In this document: positions 52,079 through 64,000 of the stretch, piece by piece | How the letters are laid out: every line of letters starts with the position of its first letter | How positions within the stretch are numbered: position 1 is the first letter of the stretch | Assembly (NCBI RefSeq): GCF_006345805.1 | Contig: NC_042997.1 | Coordinates: 1,240,001-1,304,000, forward strand | Source of the DNA: Octopus sinensis | Taxonomy: Eukaryota | Direction of reading: 5' to 3' | DNA length: 64,000 nt | Notes under the pieces: model-generated | The model's database searches: none | What the model was told of the DNA's origin: nothing | Seen by the model: the letters and a program-made list of their open reading frames with translations, nothing else | Made by a program: the position numbers and the translations under genes

Positions 52079-53124
52079 TATTATAGCAAACTATTGAGGC
52101 CTTTCGACATTATACTAATGAATAAGAGAAAATTACATGTCGGGTAAATTATTAGATTTGTAGTATCACTGACTATGGTACTTCTGAGTGAACGATTTAA
52201 CTGGTGGATGATTTTAACGGAGGAATGAATTTTTAAAAATTTCGGGTAGGGTGGTTCTGAACATATTTCGTGTAATATCATTAGCTCTTTCATATTGTAG
52301 ATGCATTAAATATATCCTCCCAGAATTATAGTTATCCAATATATATTTCCTCCTCAAGGAAGTTTCAATAAATTGAAAAATCCTAAGAAATTACGTGCAT
52401 AGCGATGACTTAACATTTCTATCATAATCATTACTAAGTCCGTCGTAGTTCTAATGTTGTTTACAATAAGCAGCTTACATATATCATGTGTATTGGCCAA
52501 CAAAAGAAAAAACATGAATTTTGCAGTTTTATTGCTTCACTTTTTTTTCCATATCATTGAAATATTACACTTTCCACTACAATAAGTAGTTTTCCCAATC
52601 ATGCAAACTTTGTATTAGTAAACTATACGTAATTTTATATTCCGATGAAAAGGTGCTACGTCCTTCGAAAAATGAAAGCAAATATGAGATACATTCAAGT
52701 TTAGATGAAATAGCTCTCATATATCGGCAATATATTTGCCGTTATCAAAAAGATAAATAGCATCATTTAAATGAGCGAACTACTACCGAGGACAATGAGA
52801 TACACTATTGATGATCTCTGCGCCTGCGAGAAACATAAGTGAAATGATCTCGGCTTGTAATTTTAAAATAGGCATCTCACATTGGAGAGTATTTACATAT
52901 ACAATGAACAAAATAATGAAACGTGGCGTTTTGCATCAGTTTATCATAGATAGGTTAAATTGTGAATAGAAATAGAACCAGAGTATATAGTTTCGCTCAG
53001 CACCGCACTGAGTACAAACAAGCGGCGTTATATTTTAAATTTTCAAGCAAGTTATATATTTGTGTACAAAGCTATGTTCATACTTACATACATACATACG
53101 ATCATGCAAACGTGCATACATACA

Positions 53125-53167
<43 letters not shown>

Positions 53168-53184
53168 ATATATGTATATATGTA

Positions 53185-53385
53185 GGGAGAATTCACGAAA
53201 AAAACAAAAGACGAAGACAGGTGGTGTAGAGAACAAACAGATGTATTAGTATAACGCTCGGGAATTGAAAACGTCTTTTACGTTTCGAGCCTACGCTCTT
53301 CCACAGAAAGGAACACAGAAAGAAACAAGGAGAGAAACATATTCTGTGTAGTGGCTACCGACCTATTAGGATATATGTATATATG
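53185..53385 (-). mobile_element. ~200-bp interspersed repeat resembling a Penelope LTR and carrying a hammerhead motif
   Basis: Second copy at 33505-33600. Contains the motif listed next. Confidence 0.6.
53275..53311 (-). ncRNA. Minimal type I hammerhead ribozyme, core variant CUGUGGA (A6>U)
   Basis: Minus strand CCUUU-CUGUGGA-A-GAGC-GUAG-GCUC-GAA-ACGU-A/AAAG: stem I CUUU:AAAG, 4-bp stem II with a tetraloop, palindromic ACGU stem III and GUA cleavage triplet. Confidence 0.65.
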
Positions 53386-54099
53386 TATGTACATATGTGT
53401 GTATGTGTGAGCACGTTCCTTATTTCATTTTGCTTTTTTAAAGTTTGTTGGAGTAGAATAATAATATATGAACCATTTGAGCATTGAAATTTTGTTCACT
53501 ATTTTCGTGTTTATAATGCATGCAGAGCATGTACGCCCACACAGACATCCACTCTTTATGTTCCACCCATTTCAGGCATTGGATATATTATATGAGAAGG
53601 GGAATCAACATTCACCAGGATTCACCATATTATATTATGAAATATGTCAAATTAATGGCATTATACATTCATTGAAGCTTTATTGCTGCGGCTTCGTAAT
53701 GGAAATCGGAAATATAACAATATTTATAGAAACATATGTGTAATATATTTCACAAATAATGAAACCTGCAGTTGGCAATATTAAGGAGGATTATTTGTGA
53801 AATGATATAAAATATTTCAAATAAAGTGGGAACCTGTATACAATGTCTGAAAATGCCGCATTTAATTTAGCCTTACTCATATTTGCGAAGTACAGTTGGA
53901 CATGTACCACACAAGCAGATAAGTAAAATATAAGTATGAATATTAAATACTAAAGCACCGTACTATGTGAAAATTTTATTTGAAATGTTGAAATGACGAA
54001 TTTAGCCGAAGTTCCGGATTGTGGCGACGTTATTATCATTGTTATCCAAGTTACTATTACATTTATTACTTTTGTACTTATTATTATTCGACTTATTCT

Positions 54100-54238
54100 T
54101 ATCATCAACATCGTCGTCGTCGTCGTTGTCATCATCATCATTATCACCATCATCAGCATCATCTTCATCATCATCAGTAATAGAAATGGCAGCAGCAGTA
54201 GTAGTAGTAGTTGTAGTAGTAGCAGCAGCAGCAGTAAC

Positions 54239-54322
<84 letters not shown>
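54100..54322. repeat. Compound (GTC)/(ATC)n, (AGC)n and (AGT)n trinucleotide microsatellite
   Basis: Directly visible. It explains the poly-L/S/V/Y ORFs. Confidence 0.95.
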
Positions 54323-54323
<1 letters not shown>

Positions 54324-54399
54324 ACATTTCATTTCCACACTACATTTGAGACTGTTGGAAAGAAAAATTCGTAACATAAGAGTACAGCATGTAACCTTA

Positions 54400-55020
54400 G
54401 GTGCTAAGAAATTTCCCAAGTATCCAAGATGTCGCTAATAATAAAATTTTCTCGGTCTTCACTAAACAAAGAATTTTCCTGTAACCGTCTGTTCAAATGT
54501 CATGCACCTCTAACTAAACGCTTACACTTTATTTGCATTATCCATAGCCTATATAACTCAGGGGTTACGTCCTGGTAATTTACTACTTTCTCTATACCTT
54601 TAATATTGACTTACTCATCGTTTGAGACTGTAGAGTTAATTGTCTGTCACCCATCGTCTTTGTCTACTACTACTATATCGGGCATTCTACTATACTAGAT
54701 TCTAGTAGGGTGCTTGCCTGAATCTTAAAATCCCACCACATCTTTATCTCTTACTTGCTAGCATCTTATTAGGTTAACGTTCGTACAATTTATCAGTATG
54801 GTCAGATCTTACCTTTCTATATAACTCACAGTAGGTTAATATCCAGGAGTTGTGATGTCTTTTATTTATTTCTTCTGTTCCAGCATGCTACATTCACTAG
54901 CTATAAGAGTAAAACTTCCTTCCTTTGATTTCCATAATCTACAGTGTCATTCTACCTGATTGTTGCTTAGCTAAGCATTTATTCAGTTTGTTCTCAATGC
55001 CTGTACTTGTGCTGCTCGTA
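54400..55020 (-). mobile_element. R4/Dong-type retrotransposon 3' part (CCHC knuckle plus REL endonuclease), decayed
   Basis: Minus strand AAQVQALRTN*INA...HCRLWKS...IASECSMLEQKK*IKRHHN, then WWDFKIQ...PDIVVVDKD...IEKVVNYQD. Confidence 0.75.
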
Positions 55021-55092
55021 ACTATTTCTCTCTCCCTTTTTACCATTCCTTTCTGAAACTGCATAATTACAAATATGTTGTTGCAGATATAT

Positions 55093-55325
55093 GTTTAGTG
55101 AGTTGCACACATGATCCTAAGTTTGTGGTTTCAATTCCTGGACCAAGTGATGCGTTGAGTTCTTGTTAAAAATACCTCATTTTACGTTTCTCCAGTCCAC
55201 TCAGCCGACAAAAATGAGTATTCATGCTACAGACCGGCGTCTCATCCAGTGGAGGGATGTGTTAGAATATATGAATCAGAAAATCCAGGAAACCGACCGT
55301 ATAAAGCCATGACTAGGTAAAGACC
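55093..55325 (+). mobile_element. CORE-type SINE (family E), degraded
   Basis: GGTTTCAATTCC B-box-like sequence, then CTCCAGTCCACTCAGC...AAAAATGAGTA. Confidence 0.6.
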
Positions 55326-56060
55326 GTTGATAATTGTTTTCTTTTTATTTGTGAATATGGGCACTATTTTTCTGTGGGTCGTATGACTCTTACTGTAGAA
55401 TGTGTATTTCAATATATCAATGAATATCTTAATCAATTTATAACTATTATAATTTACGCTAACTGATCAGAGACATGTGGAACTATTTAAGGAATTAGTT
55501 ACTTGAATGTTTGAAGACGAGGTGAATGACGAGGAGCCAGGCTTATTAGATACAAAAAGACGTAATGATTCATATTAATGTGACCGATTCAACAATAATT
55601 CAGTCATCAGCCAAATTCATCTTATTTCTAATAATGAATGGTAACACATAATGGCAGATATTATAGTTGATTGATTCACATCCAGAACTAGATCTGAAAT
55701 GATGCTCTCGAAGTCTTCTTCATAAAAGACAAAATTCGGAAGACACGAATGTGTGTGCGTGCATATATATATATATATATATGTTAGTATACTGTATCGA
55801 CGTTATCTGGCAAATTCTATTGCTATCTACTCCCCCAACGATAGAAGTATCTGTGTGCTAGATATGAAATGTAAAGTAATATATTGTCATGTAGCAATTA
55901 GATCGTAATTCAATATATATTCTGCGATGGAAATTTACTAGTTGTATATACTTCAGTCAATTTTATTTATTCAGTAGTACTACATGTAAACATAGACACA
56001 CGCACGCGCGCTCACAGATATGTACTCGTGTTAATACATACATGCTTGCATACATATATA

Positions 56061-56348
56061 GGCGCAGAAGTGGCTGTGTGATAAGGAGCTTGGTTGCCAA
56101 CCACACAGTTCCATGTTCAGTCCTACTGCTTGGCAACTTGGGCAACTGTCTTCTACTATAGCATCGGACCGACCAAAGCCTTGTGAGTGGATTTGGTAGG
56201 CGGAAACTGAAACAAGCTCGTCGAATATATATGTATGTATACATACATACATACAAATATATGTGTGTGTGTGTATGTATGTATATATCTATCTATCTAT
56301 CTATCTCTATATCTCTCTATACACACACACACATACACACACACACAT

Positions 56349-56415
<67 letters not shown>

Positions 56416-56670
56416 CATGGCCACAGCTCATGAGCTGAAACTGGAAAAATCAAAATCAAAATCATATATGTGTGTGTGTGCGTTTTTGCCCTGCAATATC
56501 GCTTGACAAATGTTGCTGGTATTTACGTCCCCGTAACCTAGCGATGACCGATAGAATAAGTACTAAAATTCCAAATAATAGGTCCTGGTGTCCATTTGCT
56601 CGGCTAAATACGGTGCTCCAGCATGGCCGCAGTAAAATGATTGAAACAAATAAAGGGATAAAAATAAAAG
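56061..56670 (+). mobile_element. SINE family A with an expanded internal microsatellite that contains a mini-element (56413-56460)
   Basis: Head GGCGCAGAAGTGGCTGTGTG, body, about 250 bp of simple repeats, and tail ...GGTGCTCCAGCATGGCCGCAGTAAAATGATTGAAAC. Confidence 0.85.
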
Positions 56671-56733
56671 ATATATTGATAAATGCACACATATTTACAC
56701 ACACACATATATATACACATATATTTGTGAAAC

Positions 56734-57063
56734 GCATGGCTTGGTTGTTAGGGTGTCGAGCTCACGATCATGAGGTTGCGAGTTCGATTCCCAGACTGGG
56801 ATGCGTGTTGTGTTCTTGAGAAAAACACTTTCTTTCACATTGCTCCAGTTCACTCAGCTGTAGAAATGAGTTGTGACATCATTGGTGCCAAGCTGCATTG
56901 TCGTTTACCTTTCCCTTGGATAATATTAGTGGTGTGGTGAGGTGGGCTCTGTATGCATGTGCAACTGCTGGCCAAGCACAAAAACAAACCTGCCCGGACT
57001 GGTGCCTCGGAGGCTAACTTTCTATGTGCAATCCCATGGCCATTCATGACCGAAGGAGGTCTC
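56734..57063 (+). mobile_element. CORE-type SINE (family E) with a distinct 3' tail
   Basis: A-box-like TGGCTTGGTTGTTAG, B box GAGTTCGATTCC, core GTTCTTGAGAAAAACACTT...CACTCAGCTGTAGAAATGAGT. Confidence 0.75.
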
Positions 57064-57077
57064 GTCTCTCTCCTTCT

Positions 57078-57154
<77 letters not shown>

Positions 57155-57174
57155 ATAAATGAATGAAAGAATGG

Positions 57175-57679
57175 AGCCGAACGAAGATGTTAACAAAATT
57201 CCTTTACTCGCGACATATGTTTCGAAGACTACACGTCCATTTAGAGCACATTTTAAACTATTTTTCGTGAAAGAAGGTTTATTTTCCTATAACCCGTTTT
57301 AATTCTGTAACTCTTTAAAATGAAAGATAAGAAAGTTCATTTTCAGCACTTGATGCTTTGGGAACCAGACAAAACTTGCTACATCTCGGCTGGGATGAGT
57401 TACCCCACCCTCCATATTCACCAGATGTTGCTCCTTCAGATTTGCACGTATTCAGGTCTCTGCAGAATTCCTTAGATTACGTAAAAAGATACCTTGATGA
57501 ATTATTTGCCATGAAACCACCTCAGTTCTGGGAAGAGGGTATTTTCAAGTTAAAGAAAAGATGGGGACGCATTGTGCAACAAAATGGTTCATATTTTGTT
57601 GATTAAAAATGTAATAGCAAGTATTTATTGACCTTTTTCTTTCCTTTAAAAATCGGCACGAAGTTTTCGGACAACCCAA
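57175..57679 (+). mobile_element. Internally deleted mariner transposon (5' inverted repeat not found)
   Basis: ATG at 57320 gives MKDKKVHFQHLMLWE, fused out of frame to TRQNLLHLGWDELPHPPYSPDVAPSDLHVFRSLQNSL...RWGRIVQQNGSYFVD* (YSPDL-type motif). The 3' inverted repeat ends ...TTCGGACAACCCAA|TA. Confidence 0.9.
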
Positions 57680-58414
57680 TATAATTAAAAACTCAGATCA
57701 CGCTTAGAGTGTGGTGAACCGATTGTCGGACACGGTACTTCGACCTCATTTAATCTCTTTAGCATTTATTGATATTTCCTATGTGATATTGATAGAGAAA
57801 CAAATATATTTCTCGTTATTTCTGATTCAGCGGCACTGTTTATCACCAAAAAAATAGCAAATAAGGCCACACGCCATTTTCTCTTTGCATATACGTTATA
57901 ATGTTATACACATCACAGCTCTAATATATAGTTATTTGAAGTGCATACATTAATAAAGACATATTATACACATACATGCCCACAGACATAAACTCATACA
58001 GACACGCACATATACTTAAGAAATTAATTTGAGAGGGGAATAAGAAATTAATCATGAACTTCTTTAGCTTTCAGTTGTTTCTGCTGTAAGATGCAATGCA
58101 CTCATATTTGAATATTTGTGTATCGCTCTATAGCTTCGTCGGAGCTTCAAAAATTCCCGATTTTATTTGGGAAAGCATTTACATTCGCAAATAAAGCTGC
58201 TTCTCATTTTTGAATACCTGATGTTGCTATACAGTAAAACCTAAGCGTTCAAATATTAGTGCAGAGTATCAATAGCAGTAAGTGCTATAAGCCAATGACA
58301 TTCATGACAATTCCTTATTCTGTTTTCATTTCAATGTCTTACTACCGCTCTGTAACCAACTTACGTTTTGCTCTATAGCACGTGTTCACTGATGTGTAGA
58401 ACCAGGTTTTCACT

Positions 58415-58631
58415 TTCTCTTTCTCTTTTACTTGTTTCAGTCATTTGACTGCGGCCATGCTGGAACACCGCCTTTAGTCGAGCAAATCGACCCCGGGACT
58501 TATTCTTTGTAAGCCCAGTACTCATTCTATCGGTGTCTTTTGCCGAACCGCTAAGTGACGGGGACGTAAACACACCAGCATCGGTTGTCAAGCAATGCTA
58601 GGGGGACAAACACAGGCACACAAACACACAC

Positions 58632-58682
<51 letters not shown>

Positions 58683-59093
58683 CGACAGGCTTCTTTCAGT
58701 TTCCGTCTACCAAATCCACTCACAAGGTAATGGTCGGCCCGGGGCTATAGCAAAAGACACTTGTCCAAGATGCCACGCAGTTGGACTGAACCCGGAACCA
58801 TGTGGTTGGTTAGCAAGCTACTTACCTATTTCTTTACTACCCACAAGGGGCTAAACACAGAGGGGACAGAGAAGAACAGACAAACGGATTAAGTCGATTA
58901 TATCGAACCCAATGCGTAACTGGTACTTATTTAATCGACCCCGAAATGATGAAAGGCAAAGTCGACCTCGGCGGAATTTGAACGCAGAACGTAACGGCAG
59001 ACGAAATGCGGCTAGGCATTTCGCCTGGCGTGCTAATGTTTCTGCCAGCTCGCCGCCTTAGCAAGCTACTTACCACACACCCACTCCTACGCC
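58415..59093 (-). mobile_element. SINE family A, full length, host of a nested family C SINE
   Basis: Complete reverse complement of the family A structure. The head is split at 58827-59057. Confidence 0.92.
58827..59057 (-). mobile_element. tRNA-derived SINE family C, full length, nested, with a 17-bp target-site duplication
   Basis: Starts GGCGGCGAGCTGGCAGAAAC, B box GTTCAAATTCC, central GTCGACTTTGCCTTTCATC...GGGGTCGATTAAATAAGTACCAG. Duplication TTAGCAAGCTACTTACC at 58810-58826 and 59058-59074. Confidence 0.92.
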
Positions 59094-59550
59094 TATGGTT
59101 CTATACATACACACATACAAATATATACATACATTTTTTCACATACACACACATATATATGTAAATATGAATGTATATATCTGTGTGAGTATGTGTGTAT
59201 ATATGTATGTATGTATGAATGTATATGTGTATAGAAGTTCATGAGGTAGATAATTTCCGCCACATTATTGTCGCTATTTGAAGCTGACCCTAGCTACCGT
59301 TTGTTGTCAGTTTTATAGCTCTGTATGGTGTCTTCTTTTTGTTGTGTAGTTATTAAATATTAATTTCTTATCGTGATGTCCTTTGATTGTTGTTCTTTCT
59401 ATAGCTGATTGATTTGTCTTTTCAATTTGAAATAGTTAGCGTTGTAATAGCATTCAATACCTTTATATATATATTTTTGTTTTAGACATCTCCAACTTTA
59501 TTTAGAAACGCTACGTTTACCAAATCACAAAATAATGTAATATATAATTA

Positions 59551-60540
<990 letters not shown>

Positions 60541-62976
60541 AACTATTACTGATGGTCTTAGTAACGCAATGATAAGCATAAATATTATAAGACGCTTCGG
60601 TTTATAAACCGGAAAAATTATTATATACTTTTCACTGATTCGAAAACTATTTAATGTAGAATCAAAATACACATGGCCATCTACCAAAGATTAGTTCTCT
60701 TTCGTAAAAATAATGGTAACCGACTTCCAGAGGTAATATTTAACCAAACGTAATCGGTATATGTTCGCACCAAAATGACAACAATGATGCATTCAGGCGA
60801 AAAAAATTGCCATTCGAAACTGCTGTAGTCTATGACACTTTAGGATTACAGAAAGATTAAAATTAATTGTGAAACTTATTTTCAAGAATGTCAGATTAAA
60901 AAACTATCGATCCCCCCACCAAGAATCACTTATATCAGATGACAAGTCACTATGTATGTCAGAGAAAACGTGCACGTAAACAAAATTATTCAACGAAATC
61001 TCTTAAGCTACTCTTAAGCTACTTGTGTGCGATAACATAGTCACATAAAGAAAAGCAGCAATGTTTCGGTGTGAGCAAGCGATCTAACAACTGAACGAAT
61101 GTATACAATGCTTTAGATCTATACCAATGAGAAGTACTAAGAAAGATGTCACTCCACTCCAAAATACGACCAACCGGTATCTTAGTTTCGAATGGCTGGT
61201 TATATTTGAGTGGACAATCATTATTACATTTAGTAAAATAAGATGGTAGCTGACTGCAATTTGTTATAGAAAACAACCCAAAGATTTAAAATCTCATAGA
61301 GCCAATGAATATGACGTACAAGCATATTAATATCATATAGTAGATAAGTAAAAACAGAGTCAGCAACATAAAACAAAGGATTCCCACTATATCATACGAA
61401 AATTGAATATCCATGTAAGTTCAAGCATTCTAAATTTTAAGGTTAACAATGAGCAAGTTCCCAAAGTAGAAGTCGTTTTGACCGTTATAAAGAAGAATCT
61501 TAATCCATTTGAAGAAATTTTTCCCTGCAATTGTATCGAAATATGCGGGAAATGTATCCATAAATGGTTCTAACTCACAAAAGTGCATTAACCGATTATA
61601 TTGCTATAAACTACACAATTGAAACAAAAAGGAACATTGAATGCAGCAGTATATGAAAGTAAATACATGCCACCCACATTATAAATAACTGAGTATCTAA
61701 ATTTCCGTACGGAAAATATAACTATTGCAACAGAAGAAAATGTTTCCTAATGAGCAGAAATTGCCTTAAAATCTGAAATATATGAGAGATTTACTGTATT
61801 TAAAGATGGCAATACATTAAAATCCTCTTTGGAACCAGTAAGTTAGACAAGCAATGATGGCTGCTTACAAGTTAAGCAATCGTTCTGCTTTAAATGCAGA
61901 AACAACGCAACATATTTGAGGAAGCCCATTTGAGTCGAATACATTAAACGAAAAGAAAAGATAGTGGTGCCCTGCATGCGAATGTCTGGAAACATGTATC
62001 GAAGTAGCTATACTCAAACACAAATATTGTTCAGCAGAGAAAATGAGATAATGTCACGTTGCAAACACCTGAATAAATTAATTTTTATAAACGATTATAG
62101 ATAGCACATAGTGCTTATATATGTATGATGTAATTGGAGTAAAGTTAAGAGTTAAAACATAGTAATGCCGATCCTAAAAGTACAGCAGTTTAGATCGGAA
62201 AGTCAGTAGGAACAGAGTACCAATATTACGAATGAAAATAATTACTATTTAGCAATACTGGATGTAATAAATATTAAATCGACAACCAAAATACAATATT
62301 TAACAACATGAGCTAGAACCATCTCAGATCTAGTGACAATGCAGATATAAAACAAACAACGGTATAATGAAGCCAAATTTAATAAACTTTACCGCCTAAA
62401 ATTGAGATAGAGATGAATTTTCCAATGAAAAGAAACAGGACATCAATAATTAAATTGGCAAACATCGAAGAATTAACCAATAAGAACTAATAAGCACATA
62501 AAGGAACCAAATATAACACAATTTAGCAGCAGAGAAACGTCGCGAAGAATTCAGCCCTTCAGCTCCTAGAGTCACATAACACAAGAGAATGAAAACAAAA
62601 TATCAACGCATCAACATATATCAACGTATTTAACACCTAGCAAGTAAAACCGATGGGTGTAGATAGGAAAATAACCCTATACGCACATATATAAACCATT
62701 TTAAATAGATTTTGAATATAGTCGCTTGTAGCTTAGCTCTATCGTGAAGCACATATTGTTATAAGAACTTTTTTAAGCCGCCAATATACTTTACATCATG
62801 TACTGAATACACTCTCCCTCTTCTAAACTGCACGTTTTTAATGTTTTCATAAGCATCTATTTGCGAACGTATACGCTAAGGTAAGAAGATGACGTACATA
62901 CATACCATACGTCAATTAATAAACTAAGATGCATAAATTCGCAAAAGGAAGTATACATTCACAATGGTATATACAT

Positions 62977-62979
<3 letters not shown>

Positions 62980-63067
<88 letters not shown>

Positions 63068-63150
63068 TGTGTGTGTACGTGTGTGTGTGTGCGTGTGTGT
63101 ATGTGTGTGTGCGTGTGAGTGTATGTATGAGTGTGCGTGTGTGTGTATGT
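62980..63150. repeat. (TA)n(TG)n compound microsatellite
   Basis: Directly visible. Similar tracts occur throughout, for example at 9890, 13040, 16770, 46560, 49730 and 59730. Confidence 0.95.
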
Positions 63151-64000
63151 ATGTGTGGTCTGCGTAGATATTTTTCTGTATATGCAAGTAAAACACACAA
63201 ACATTACCCTCTATAATATTCACCGAAACACAAACACGCACGCAAAGACACATACACACACATATTGAGAGAAATTGAGTGAGGGAAAGAGACAACATAA
63301 ATCTTTATATTATTATGCATATGAGTAGGTGTGAGTATCAGTTTGTGCACGCGTATATCTGTGCAAGGCCTTTCAGTTGTATTCTAAAAAGAAATATTGT
63401 TAATTTTAAAAATTATTTTCAGCTGAAAGCTTTTATCATAAGACGCAATGTCTCCTGAAAGTTTGAAATGTTCTGCATAGATTTAGACTGATGGCAGTAA
63501 GAAATGAACGGAAATATCCATATATGAAAATATAACTGAATTTAAAAATCAAAGAAACGCCTGCGGAATATTATAAATTGAAAGTAATTAACTCTGTAAA
63601 ATGCAAACTGAAGGATATATAATTTTAAAATACCGAGAGAAACAGGTATACGAAGCAGGTTATAAGTAAATGGGAAAGAAATATGAAGACAAAATCGACG
63701 CAATTATAAAAAGAAAGGAACTCCCTCTCCTGTAGAATAGCAATATTCCTAGATACGTCTCTCTCCCTCATTATCTTTCTCTCTCCTCTATTGTTCTGTT
63801 GACTCAGGTGCATTTATCCACTATGTTAAATTTAGACTCGAATAGATATTCTCTGGGTGTACAAAAAATATTTTGATAGATTTCAAAATATAGAAACACA
63901 TAACAAAGAGACTGGACTGAAAATAAAGAGAATATAAATCTACTACGACTGGTCGCATACTAAGTAGACTTCAGAATGTACAGTAGAATTTGTAAAACTA

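Noticed and set aside
12561-59057. All five family C SINE copies lie on the minus strand
   Set aside because: Five copies are too few to show an orientation bias, and family A occurs on both strands.
61300-62600. A-rich stretch with KQSFCFKCRNN, suggesting a LINE ORF1 zinc knuckle
   Set aside because: The knuckle is incomplete, there are many stops, and no other motif is recognisable.

Overview
This 64 kb window is AT-rich, microsatellite-dense eukaryotic DNA. I could not identify a host protein-coding gene, rRNA, true tRNA or CRISPR array. The repeat families resemble those of octopus/coleoid cephalopod genomes; this is my recognition of the families, not a database result. Content is mostly mobile-element remnants: three or more tRNA-derived SINE families (over 20 copies, two nested inside other SINEs with clear target-site duplications), fragments of R4/Dong-type non-LTR retrotransposons, two Penelope-like elements with GIY-YIG remnants, Helitrons (one complete 382-bp non-autonomous copy, one internally deleted Rep/helicase copy, one 5' end), an internally deleted mariner and several foldback/MITE-like inverted repeats. 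There is also a ~1.85-kb tandem duplication. Most ORFs in the supplied track are microsatellite translations. The most interesting signals are: (1) minimal hammerhead-ribozyme motifs, including a repeat family with a shared A6>U core variant; (2) a compensatory-change stem-loop shared by SINE tails and a ~50-bp element that sits next to (TA)n; (3) two independent SINE insertions into the same A-box region of a host SINE; (4) several long inverted repeats that would form dsRNA if transcribed. Coordinates of decayed elements are approximate and were read by eye.
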